Origin: Spizellomyces punctatus DAOM BR117
Taxonomy: Eukaryota
Assembly: GCA_000182565.2 (NCBI GenBank)
Contig: KQ257453.1
Strand: one strand, 5' to 3'
DNA: 64,000 nt
Each line of letters opens with the position of its first letter. Position 1 is the first letter of the stretch. The notes below the pieces were generated by a model. That model searched no databases and was not told the origin of the DNA. It worked only from the letters and a program-made list of their open reading frames with translations. The translations under genes and the position numbers were made by a program. Positions 38,101 through 50,097 of the stretch are shown in pieces.

Positions 38101-38224
38101 ATTTGAGGAAGTACTTGTTGACTCTGAGGGAAGGCCACTGGGTACTCGTTCCGCCCAGGCTGATCGGGAGACAACTCCCTTTACTCCTATGGAGGTCATT
38201 GATCTGGTCTCGGACGATGAGTGA
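35164..38224 (+). CDS. Multi-exon protein with RNase H1-type domain, basic N-terminal region and acidic C-terminal tail (5' exons uncertain)
   Basis: Spliced domain IEVYTDGS...AIGCFF...STSNDAEVQACIAAL...IIHVDCLSVI...WKWVKAHVGNRGNMEADKLA. All four catalytic carboxylates (D, E, D, D) and the His are present, across short exons at ~36995-37650. Confidence 0.8.
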
Positions 38225-38884
38225 TGTTTGGTCGTTGGTCATTTGCAAACGATCGACGTGTAATTATTATCTCGGATATGTGACGGTTTCTTGTGAATGT
38301 TGTGCGATTTGTGCTTTGGTCAGTAGTTGTGTATGCTTTGTTAGTGTGATCAGAGCGACCACTTTGGTTGTTTTGAATTGATGTAGGATTAATATCAGTC
38401 GACGGAGGAAAGTTTCTACGATGTATCTTGTTAAATAAAGAAAGTTTCGCTGAACGTGATGTCGTTGGTTTTTCGGGTGTGGGAAATGACTCGGAACCGC
38501 GTCGGCTTGCAACTCGCCTTTTAGCTTTTGAGCTTCCACCGTCCTGTCTTACGAGCCAGCTATCCACCTTCTACTGTTCGCATAATCGCATTCTTTTGCT
38601 TTCAAAGAGTCTTTCTGCAAAACGCTGCATCCTCTTTGTCACCTGCATCCCGCAGCTCTGAAATCCCACTCAAATACAATCAACAACAAGAAAACGCAAC
38701 TCGCACAACATGACCCGGCCACACTTCTTTCAGCGAGTCGTCTCCTTTGCTACTGGTGGTCTTTTTCACGTAGGGCATTCCAATCTGATATATATCCCTC
38801 CACTTGTGTGCTGCATTAATCCTCTAATTCCCATCCGTTTTCTCTTTCGCATAGCGCAAAGTGAACAGCTTCCAAGCAACCCCG

Positions 38885-40682
38885 ATGTCAACCACCAATC
38901 CTTTCCGCACAAACGACCAAGACCAAACACCAGCACCGGGAAACCGAACCATCGTCCTTGAATCCGAGGCAGAACAGCCACAAGTTTTCCATGATGAGGA
39001 AAAGGTCGTTATTAATTTTATGCCACCTGTTAGGGAGGTTGTTGAGCATCCAAGCTCTCAAGATCAGAAAATGTCTACATCTTGGGATCATGATGATTCC
39101 GATGAAACAATCGAGGTTAGCAAGGCTGCAAGTGCAGGCCAGAAAGTGACTACACCTTGGGAGGACTGTGATTCCGAGGAAGCAGTCGACGGCAGCCGTA
39201 TACATATGGTCAACGAGACGGTAACATCAAAAGATGAGTTAAATGAAAAGGACGTTGTCGAGGACATTGTCGAGGGGGAAACGCTTGACCTAGCCAAATT
39301 GTCTCCCATTCTTGAATCTCACGATACCGATTTGCATGCGCTGAACAGCGTGCCAGAGACTGATGTAGATTGGGATAAATCTTTACAGAATGGAGTGCCA
39401 GAGACAGATGTTGATTGGGATAAATCTGTACAGAATGTCGCACCTGATATCGATGGTGATCGTAAACAAGAGGATCATGTTATTTCTGCTATTTGGGAAG
39501 GTGATAGCGGCAAGAAGGGTGATGATCAACCTGTCGAGGTCAATGGTAGGTTGGATGAAGAGGACAGGTCCAAGTCTCCATCTCTATCCTGCCCTTCCAA
39601 ACCGGCACCAGCAGAGAACAATGAGCCTACAACATCCGCCGAGTTCGAGTCTCTTCATTGCCAATTTACGAACCTATCTCTTGATACGTCTAAAGAAGAC
39701 AAACAACAAGACTCTGCCGATGTCCTGCCGCCGTCACGCGAGGTCAAAGGGCCAGATGCCAAGGTATCAGCCGATCTGTACGGTGACTGGAACGTGGATG
39801 TCAAGAGTGAGGTGTCGAGTAGAGACCTTCCTCACCCCGGGTATCATGATACCGTCGATCAATCCTCGGTCGATCCTTGGCTTCGAGATTCAGAATCCCC
39901 GACACCCATCATCCGACGTCCATTCGCACCAAAGCCACATCCGCTGAACTCAGAATCTCCACCGGCCTGTCCAAACACCAACGTCCTCCACCTCCCCCGT
40001 ATTCCGATCACTGTCACCGAGCTAGACCTTTACCTCCTCTTTCGTCCCTACGGCAAAATTGAGAACATGCTCGTATACCCGCTAGTATGGGATCTGGATT
40101 CAGCGGAGCCCACGGAACCCCACCATCACGCCTACGTTCAATTTACAGACAATGAAACGGCTTTTGCAGCTTATACGCTTCTTGAAAACAAGATTTCTTT
40201 CAAAACTGGGGAAACGCTTGCGATCGAGTATGCGGCTGCTATACCTACGCCTATGCTGCCTCCGCGATCCAAAAAGGCCAGCAAGGAGAGAGTATGGAGG
40301 ATGTTCAAGTATAGGGGTTGGGATGATCTTTTGAGGAGGGATATCAAGGTATGTGCAAAGCATGTTTTGGTAACGTTGAGATGTCTAATGAACTTTCTTT
40401 TTACTGTGTGCAAGGGATGGTAAGGGCAATCTATGGCAAGTGAGCTCGGTCTTGCGCTGGAGAGGACAGACACTGTATTGCTTTGGCTTCTTAGCTAACG
40501 TGCCAAAGCATTTGGACTGTTTGCTTGATTTTGCAATTGAATTGAATGTTGCATTTAAACATTTGGAAATTGATGATGTATACCGATATGAGTTGGCTTG
40601 TTTGACCGCTTTCAAATATATGCATATGGAGGCTGCATGGACACCTATTTACAGCTCACTTTTAATCACCTTGCGGTGGTAG
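38885..40682 (+). CDS. RRM-domain protein with long acidic low-complexity N-terminus (3' exon structure uncertain)
   Basis: Long open exon of ~490 codons. RNP2-like VLHLPRIP, VTELDLYLLFRPYGKI, RNP1-like HAYVQFTD and LAIEYA. Confidence 0.75.
39350..39450 (+). repeat. 45-bp coding tandem duplication (VPETDVDWDKSxQN), 2 copies plus a degenerate third
   Basis: GTGCCAGAGACTGATGTAGATTGGGATAAATCTTTACAGAAT followed by GTGCCAGAGACAGATGTTGATTGGGATAAATCTGTACAGAAT. Confidence 0.9.
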
Positions 40683-41135
40683 TAGATTATCATGTCATCT
40701 GGGGAAAGCCAGAGACGACGCCAAATTCCGTATGTCCAGCAGGCTGAGAGGCCCTAAAGAAAAAGGAAAGCTTAGAATACATATGCATTATATGTAGATA
40801 AAATATTTGAACACACGGTAGGGCTGAAAGCAGCGAGTCCTAAAAAGGGGAAAGCACACAATCCAAAAATCGCAGTGATACCAGTGATGGTCGCACTGGC
40901 AAACGTGAAAGCAGTGCAAAGAGCATCGTCGATAGTCATGGTGAAATGGCTTGCTGTATGCAGGGTATCCACAGGTCCTCGCTGTTTTTATATAAGATCC
41001 TGCGGATAGTTCGCCAGCATGTTTTTGGATGTGCCGCTAGAGAGGAGAACGGCAGTGGTTTATTTATAACAAATTGGTATTAAAAGTAACTAACGGCAGA
41101 ATTAGCCATGACTTTTGCTTATGTACATGATGGGC

Positions 41136-42405
41136 TCATTTCTTTTCCAACAGCTCTTTTACTAGACGCTCACTAATATCCCATAGGTCTGTTTGGAGTT
41201 TCTCATCGGCCGTGTAGCCCGTCATTGGTTTCTCCTTTGCAGTCGGCCACTAGAATCAGGCAATGCAGCCATGTCAGCAAGGGTCATTTTAGATCAATAA
41301 GGTACTCGCACTTACAAAGTATTTGCCCCGAATGTTTTGGGTCTCCACCTCCTCGCTTGTCGCCAAATATAACTGCGTCAACGCCCCTTTGTCCGCTGTA
41401 TTCCCCATCACAGTTCCTAGTCCAAATTGAATGACTTTCTCAGTGTAGCCTCCGGCGTACCAGCTTCGGTTGGTAATGTTCGTGGCAATGACGCCGGGGT
41501 GGCAACTGTTGGCATAGATTTGCGAGTCGGGACCGAGCTAGGTGGAGCATCGATATGTTATGCTATGTATCGAGTGCAAAGAACAGGAGGCACACTCACC
41601 CTTTTGGTCAATTCCTTGACAAAGAGGAGATTCGCAAGCTTGGAGAGCCCATACGCTCGGACATTGTCATATTTTTCTTTTGATACATGGATATCCTGTT
41701 CCCAATCCGGTTTTGACCATACTAGGTCAATCCCGCGGGATGAAATGGTGACAACGCGGGCGGGTCCAGACGTTTTAACGATTGGGAGGAGGAGTTCAGT
41801 AAGGTAGAAGCTGACAAGTGTTTTTGTGTGAGTTGCGGGACATTCAAGGTGCAAATGAGCATGATGGCAGCATACTGTGACAGATGGTTGATGTAAAATT
41901 GGCCTTCGATTCCGCTTATAGAGTTGTAGGGCGTATAAGCGATTCCAGCGTTGAGGAGGAGAATGTGGATAGGAAGGGATTTTTGCTTGTACCATTCCGC
42001 AAATGCTCGGACCTGTTTTTTTTTGTCGTGCAAACAGGTCAATTGCGAGCAGTGGGTGGAAAGTCTTGCAGGAAGATACTTACAGACTGGAGATCCCCAT
42101 TGTCCATCACACCAAATTCCACCTTGGAGCTGTTGGAAGCCTCGATAATCTTTTGAACCGCTTCTTTGCCTCTGCTCTCTGATCGAGCGGTGATGATGAC
42201 ATGTGCGCCCTTTTGAGCCATAGCGATGGCAGAAGCCATACTATGCATCTGTTTTAGTTTTAAATATACATATTTGGTGTGTGTGTGCAAGTCCGCAAGC
42301 TTACCCCAGCCCAGCTGTTCCTCCTGTAATGATGGCGACCTTACCATCGAGGTTTGGAATATCGTCCGTAGAAAACGTTTTGCCATAAAGCCAGCCAAAG
42401 ACCAT
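41136..42405 (-). CDS. Short-chain dehydrogenase/reductase (retinol dehydrogenase/WWOX-like), multi-exon
   Basis: DIPNLDGKVAIITGGTAGLG, LLLNAGI, FYINHLS, catalytic AYGLSKLANLLF, ANSCHPGVIAT, GALTQLYLATS and DEKLQTDLWDISE. Confidence 0.93.
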
Positions 42406-43259
42406 GATTGTTATTCCTATATATGAGATGTTTGTAGAAAAAGAAGCGGAATCCAAACAAGATGCTGCAATGGTTTTATATGCAAAAACACTTGGGGATG
42501 AAAAAGATAAACGTCCGTTCGGAGCCCCGATGAGTTTGGTCGGTCCGATATTGCAGCCCTTTTGAAATCGAAATTTACGAAATTTTTTGGGCCAACAGTT
42601 TTGTTTAACGGAATTGGGTAGATTGCTATCGGGTTTCGCTTGCTTGCAAACGACTTGCTACCGCGGTACTCGAACGGCGACGACGACCGGCCGACGACGA
42701 CGACGACGACGACGAGTGCGAGTTAGTTACAGTGATCTTTTTGCAGATGGAACACTTGGACAACTCCACCAAAAATCAACGCTCCAAGAAGGCTCGTCAA
42801 TATGACAAATACCGTCGAACCTTGTCAACGACACAGAATCACACGTTTTTCCAAACAAGGGCCCTTTTGCTGTTAAAAGCATATGATGTTTGCTGGTCAC
42901 TTTTTTTTTCTTCTTCTTGAACCCTAACCACGCGCGTCATTTTGGACTTGGATTGTGTTGAAAGCAACAAGTTCGTTTGGTTACCCTCACCCTTGAGGCT
43001 TGAAGGAGAATGCGGGACAAACCTGACTTTACACAGCATACTGCTCTGTGCATTTACAACTTGCCGCCCCAAGGGGCTTTGAGGGATCGTGCTCAACGTT
43101 GACAAATGGTTGAGCTGATGTACTAGTACAAGTTGCTATTGATGGGGAAGTCGCTGGTGGTGGGTCAATAAATTGGCAAGGAAGAGCAAAGCTCCCCACC
43201 AGGTTGCAGAGTGAATTGGAGTAAAAAGATAAACCATCCAAATCCATTGCCCGCAAAAC

Positions 43260-44977
43260 ATGAAAATGTGGACATTCTCTTTCTTGCTGGGCATCCTGGC
43301 TTGCGCTTTGGCGCATCCCGTAAAGCGGGCTAGCCAGCCCATTTCCACCCCTCTAGGCACCATCATTGGAAGCACATGTGCCAATCACACCAACGTCCAT
43401 CAATACCTGGGTATTCCCTATGCTCAGGCCCCCATCGGTGATAACCGATTCGCCTCTCCCAAGGCATACCAGTCAGCATACCCATCCAGAGAATGGAATG
43501 CGAATAGGTATCGGTCAGCCTGCCCTCAGTTGAATTCCCCACTGGGCAACGTGACGGAGGAGGACTGTCTTTATTTGAATGTCTGGGTGCCTGATCGTCC
43601 CCGTCAACATGACTTGCCTGTGCGAGTGTATATTCATGGCGGTGGATGGTACTTTGGTGCCTCTAGTGACGCCCTCTTTGACGGCTGTTCTGCTACTGCT
43701 GTATCGGATGCCATCCTTGTGACATTCAATTACCGTCTCGGTGTCTTTGGATTCTTGGCTCTTCCCTCTCAAGCCAACAGCGATCATGGAGTGGGCAACT
43801 GGGCCGTTCAGGACCAGCAATTAGCTTTAAAGTGGGTTCATGATAATATTCATCAATTCGGGGGTGACAACAGCCGAATCGAAATATTTGGCGAAAGTGC
43901 CGGTGGGTCGGCTGTGTCCCTCCATTTGATTGCAAAGGGCTCCGAAGGACTATTTTCGACGGCAATAGTGGAAAGCGGGGCGGCCTCTGAATTGCCTCCC
44001 ATCAACGTTGCCTATCGGTCGACCTGGGCTGTCGCACAAGCAGTCGGTTGCACCACGGAGACGACCGTCTCGCAGACGTCTGGAGAACAAGAGCGGGTCT
44101 TGTCTTGTCTACGCAGCACAGCCGCGCTTGGTCTCCTCTCCAATGGCCCGCAACTTGCCGTCATCAGCTACTCGAACCTGACCGCCCTCAAATGGGGCCC
44201 CTCGATTGACGGCCACATCCTCCGCCGTCAGATTCCAGACGCCCTTGCAGCCGGCGAAATCAACCGCGGAGCTGACAATACCCCCATTATGCTCGTGGCG
44301 GGAACAAATTCTGAGGAAGGCATTATCTTGCTCCCCCAAGGTCTCAATGCGACACAATCCCAACTGGACCAACTGATCGATGAACTTGCACCCAACCGAG
44401 GTGAATACGCAGCATACCGCTCAGTCCTCACTACCCAATACAGTGTGGATAGATTCAATGGTAGCTACTTCATCGCTGGATCCACTCTTATTACGGACTT
44501 TCTGTTCCTCTGCCCAACTTACCGGTTCCTAAAAGCCTTTACGAGACACAACAAGGCGTACTCGTATCTATTTACGAGGAGTATTAGATGTCCCGCTGTG
44601 ACAGGAGGAGTTGATTTGGGCGTTGTTGGGGCGGGACATGGGATGGAGTTACCGTATGTATTTCAGAATCTGGCTTTATGTGGGTTGGAGAATGGGGAGG
44701 ATAAGGAGTTGGCGGATATGATGCTTCGTGCTTGGTGAGTTTTATTGGATTTACGCTTGAGCTGCTTATCATGAGCGTGTAACCTGCTCCGCTCATTTCT
44801 AGGACAAGCTTTGCAGCAACCAAGACCCCAGGAATAGATAACTGGGACCAATGGACTGTTGAAGACCCTCAGATAGCAGTGCTCAATATCCCGTTCAGAA
44901 CGGTCAAGCACGATGTCTCTGAGAAATGCAAAGTGTTTGAAGAGTTGGTGGGTGTAGCTGTTAGGGAAAGCTTTTAA
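43260..44977 (+). CDS. Secreted type-B carboxylesterase/lipase, 2 exons
   Basis: Signal peptide MKMWTFSFLLGILACALA; EDCLYLNVW; oxyanion HGGG; nucleophile GESAG; NSEEG; GHGMELPYVF. Confidence 0.94.
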
Positions 44978-45252
44978 AGCGGATGGTGGGAGATAGGGAG
45001 GACATTATCTGAACTGGCCTTGTATTGTTTATTTCTTTATCATGCCGCCAAATTCGGCGATCTTTTTATTTTCAAATGCTGTTCGTCCACCTTTTACCAC
45101 AATGAAAGAATATTTGCTACCATTCCATTTGCTGCAATGCTTCTGGCAAAGGAAAGTTGGTCGATCGTGACCCTTAGCATTACCTAATCCCGCATAAGCC
45201 CCAACACGTCCGTCAGGAACGCGTTCGGACATGCCAACTTCCCCGACAGATC

Positions 45253-48200
45253 ATGACCCAAGAAGACGACGACGCTCACCAACTCCCCTCAGATTGGTTC
45301 TCCGCATTTACAAACCATAATGTAACACCTACATCGCCAGATACACCCACCAAATACCCCTACCAACTCGATTTTCTAAAAGTCGAAGGTCTTCCTACAC
45401 CGCGTGGATCGCTGCACGGGGATCTTGAACTTCGTGTCTCCTTTTTTGATTTTGCGCAAGGCGCATTTTTTGGGAGGACTTGGGGTGGGGGTCCTTGTGA
45501 CCTGAGTGGGAAGAGGTGAGCTTGAATCTGGTGTGCATTTTGGTTTTAGATTGTATTTTTGAACTTTTGGGGTGTAGTGGGGGAGGTGAGGATGGATCGG
45601 ATACCGAAGACGCTGTGGTTCATTCCCAAATCGGACATTGGGTGACGATTCATTTCAAAAATCAGGTATGTGGCTAAATATCATTTACAATGGGATGAAT
45701 GCTGAACCGACTGTTTAGTGCGTTTATTTTCATACACCCATCACAAGTCCGGATGTTGTCGTTGTAGTTGAGTTTGTATTTCAGGGTTGGTTGATTTGCG
45801 CAATTTTCGCTTTTTATGCATATGTTGAATTTCCATGTGAAGGAACCGATGAAAGGGAAGAAAGTATCGGAGGGGGATGGACCTTTTTTCATTGTTTCGA
45901 TCCCGAACGAGGTGGATTGAGTCTTTCCGAAGTATGGGATGTGGCCGACGACACTTCTGAGACTGATGACACGCACATGTATGCACTCCAATTCTATTCC
46001 TCATATTCAACACAGTCTAATAATGTGACAGTATTCCTATCTACACTGGCACGCCGCGCATTCTCCCTTTTCTTTCATCGGTCGACACTCCACCTACCCT
46101 CCCCGGTGCAGCACTCACTTTTGCGTTCACTCCCCGTTCTGATTTGAGGGGCGTTGCGCATCTTTGGAAGGAGAATGTGTTTGTGGGGGAGGGGGATCGG
46201 GTGCCGGGAGTCAAGATGAGGGAAGGGAGAGTGAGAGGTGTAAGAATGAATACCGGATTTGTTTCCGAGGTGAGGTATTTCCTGTGTCCTTTTGGACGAT
46301 GACTGAGGTTAGACGCTGACGTCTATGATAATGTCCTTAGATTCGAGTTTATTTCCACCCTACCCTTCATCAATACGATGCTGAGCTCCTCCATGCCCTG
46401 ACGCACATGCCGACCCTCCACCCACACCTCCACCCAACTCACAAACCCACCATCCTCGAACGCCGCCTTCACATTGGCTTCCATAATACTCATACCTTCC
46501 TCAATCCGACCACTGCGCCGCTCGAAACACCAGACAATGATACTGGGCTTGAACTCGTTTATACGGGTACGTTGGGTCTCCAGTACTTACATGACCCACG
46601 TGTGGCATTGGTAGTAGGTGTCGAGTACAAGGTGTTTGTACCAACCGTCAAAGAGCCACCTGGATTCTTGGAGCGGGTGTTATTGGGACGAAGGGAGGTG
46701 CATGGTATGCGAGGGGTTGAGAAGGTGGTGATGGTGGGATGGATGGCGTGGGTTCCTTCTCGACATGTAGGTCTTTTCCTCTTCTCGCGCAAGTTTCATT
46801 TTACGAGTTGTGTGTGCGCTGATGCAGGTGGTTTAGAGTGGTGAACAGGCTCGTATGATTCCACTTCACACAAAGTCGGGTCCGAATCCATTTGGGCGAC
46901 CCATGTACAAGGCTCAAGGACAGACGCCGTTGTTGGTTTCCTTTGTGTTTCACGAGAAGGAAAAAAGGAGGGATAAAGGTATGATTGACAGGTACGGTTC
47001 TTTTTCTCCCTCGAGGGATTTTGATTTTGGTTGAATAGGCGAGACTCTGCAGACGACGACGCATCCACATGTCGTTCCACCCCCCGAGACCAAACCCACA
47101 CCTCACCTGGTCGACGCTGTTACATCTCCCCTTGCCCTCAGCGACGCCGACCCCGACGCAGATATTCCGGCTCCACCCCCACGTTCCCGCACCCGCACGC
47201 CCGCTCCCGCTCCGTCTCGTCCCCCCTCCACTCACCAGCCCCTCACCCGCCTCGAACGTGCTCGCATCCACGAAGCTGGATTCCCACCTACACTCGACGA
47301 TCAAGGCCGAAAAGCCGCCATAGTGTCGTTGGACGAGCGGGTGGATTTGGATGCTGAAAATCAGGATTTACGTGGTTGTGAAATTGGGCTCTCGTTTTTG
47401 GGTGTCATGTTTTACGATGAGTTGGGTATGTTTCTGTTCCTCATTTGTTCCTTGAATGTAGATGCCTTACTCTTTCTTCTGGGATAGACACGCCTACGCC
47501 GCATACATTGCGACTTACCTATCAGTTCTACACATTTGCCCCGCACACCACACCTCCCCTCCGAATCTACACGGGACCGCTGCCCGCCGCTAAACACCAG
47601 CGAAGCGCGTCCGCCAAAAGCCAACAGGCGGAGGAAACCATGTGGCCGGGGATATTCTGGGCGGGTGGTGAAGACGGGACATGTACGTTCAATCGTCCGT
47701 TAGATTAATTTTTTTGTCTCCTTGTGTTGATAGGTTGTATTTGGTATAGATGCCCACCCACCCGGTCATACAACCATCTATCCCATCCATCCTACCACGG
47801 ACCCCGCTCTTCCGATCGGTACCTACACACCGACCACCAGCCCCGTTGCACTCTACATGTCGACCACCTCTCTTGATATTGACCTCTGGGATGCATCCAC
47901 ACTTTTGCACGTCGGTCGAACCCGAGTGCCTCTCCAACATGCGCTACGACGGGGACGCAGTGGAGTATATGCAGATTTGGAGGTGGATGTTGTTAACGCG
48001 GGGGTTGCGAAGGGGACTGTTGTTGGGAGGTTATATGTTCGAGTTACGAATGTTGTGAGAGGAGCGAGTGCGGTAGAGGCGCTTGTAAAAGATGTCAGAA
48101 ACCCGTACGGCGTAGAGAAAATGTGTTTAGTGGATTGGATATTGAGACGGAGTCGGGAGCATGTGGTGCAGGTTCCTTTCAAAGTAAGTCAATGAGACAA

Positions 48201-50097
48201 GATGCGGATGCAGTTAACGTTGTGAAAAACAGTTCATTGACAATCATGTATAGTTATCGGATATCGACGCTGAGCTCTCTGCTCTCCTTCGTGCGACGCA
48301 TCAAGAGCGCTTACACCTAACCGCATCTCGTCGGGACAAGGAACTCAACATGGTTCACGAACAGCAACGTAAGATGGATCGTGTCAAACGTGTCAAGATG
48401 GGGTCTGAGGATGGATTCAAGGTACGCTTTCAAGCACGCTAATATCATGCATGATGGCNNNNNNNNNNNNNNNNNNNNNNNNNNNNNNNNNNNNNNNNNN
48501 NNNNNNNNNNNNNNNNNNNNNNNNNNNNNNNNNNNNNNNNNNNNNNNNNNNNNNNNNNNNNNNNNNNNNNNNNNNNNNNNNNNNNNNNNNNNNNNNNNNN
48601 NNNNNNNNNNNNNNNNNNNNNNNNNNNNNNNNNNNNNNNNNNNNNNNNNNNNNNNNNNNNNNNNNNNNNNNNNNNNNNNNNNNNNNNNNNNNNNNNNNNN
48701 NNNNNNNNNNNNNNNNNNNNNNNNNNNNNNNNNNNNNNNNNNNNNNNNNNNGCGGTATCAGAGGGATTCAGAGTTGCCCGGGAGGAGGAATGGTCGTTTT
48801 TGAGAGGGGTTTATGGATTGCGGGGTGGCTCTGTGATGGGGGGCGACAAAGTGTTTTTGGAAAAAGGGGAGGAAGTGACGCTTCCGGTTATTTATCAGTC
48901 ATTTGATGCGGGATGGGAGGATGCGTCCGTGGATGATACGTACTTTTGGGCATCACCACCCTGCTCATCCACCCATCAGCCATCTCTGGTCATCACGAGT
49001 GACGGGCGCACTGTATCGAAATTGGCACTCCATGCGCAGCTTGTACCTTATAAAGTCTCCAACCATGTTCGGTTGTTTGTACCGGAGAAGGAGCAGCTGG
49101 TGCATTCCATGCGGGTGGAGGTCGGACGACATGTCAAGTTCGTGGAGGGACGGAAGGTGTATGTGAGGTGTGCGGTTGCGGAAGTGGTTTGTAGTGTTGA
49201 TGAAGAAAAGGTATGTATTGTGTGATTGTTTACAAAGGACCGTAACATTTAACCATATGTGTTGGTAGAACACCAATGCTTATAACCTAACATTCAAATA
49301 CCGGCCTCCACCTGCCCCGCATACCACATCCCTCCATTTCCTCTTTTACAGCGACCCCTACCATACCCTCCTTTTTGACATCCACCGCGTCACAGTCCAC
49401 AGTCTTCACCGCCTCGACCTGAGTTGCACTCTCGGGCAAACGGACTCCGCCGCGGTGGTACTAAGAGGGGGGCCCATGGCGAGGCGAGTTCATTGTGCGG
49501 TTGGTGGAGGGGATGTGGCAGTTGGGGTTGAGAGGGTTGTGGTGCCAGCTGGGGGATTATGTGAGGTGCCGCTGATTGTTAGACCGAAAAGAGTGGATGT
49601 GGGGAATGTGGTCTTGAATGTTGTTGGTGAGTGGCAATTGGTTGTTCGTTTTATTAAATATGATATCTCATTGTTCCGTTTCAACCAAGACACGGATACC
49701 CATGCACTCGTCTCATCTTGGCTCCTCATCCCGCACATCAAATACCCACCCATTACTAAATCGTTTGACATTACGGTACCCAAGGGTACATCGCTCAACA
49801 AGGTATCTCCCATGTGCACGTTCCCAGCAATAAATAAAAACCATACTAACGCACCCTATGCAGCGAATAAGCTACACGAATCCATACCCAACTCCCAAAA
49901 CCTTCCACCTCCACACCCCAACACCCCACCTCCTTACTTTCAAATCCCCCCATCTGATCCTACCCGCGGAAGGAACAGAGTACATTGGGCTCCGCCTCCT
50001 TGCCACCGACGCGCACTCTGGAGACGTATTGGTGCTTTTGAATGACGAGGAGGACAGGATCGAGGAGTGTTTGAGGTTGAGGGTTGTGTATGTGTGA
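45253..50097 (+). CDS. NPHP4: Nephrocystin-4 (ciliary transition zone), multi-exon, interrupted by an assembly gap
   Basis: VSFFDFAQGAFFGRTW, VVVELVF, LERRLHIGFHN, IDLWDASTLLHVG...L..ALRRGR, SYTNPY and the C-terminal LLNDEEDRIEECLRLRVVYV*. Confidence 0.88.
48459..48751. other. Assembly gap (293 N)
   Basis: Run of n within NPHP4. Confidence 1.

Noticed and set aside
48381-48906. ORFs containing long X runs
   Set aside because: Artefacts of the N gap.
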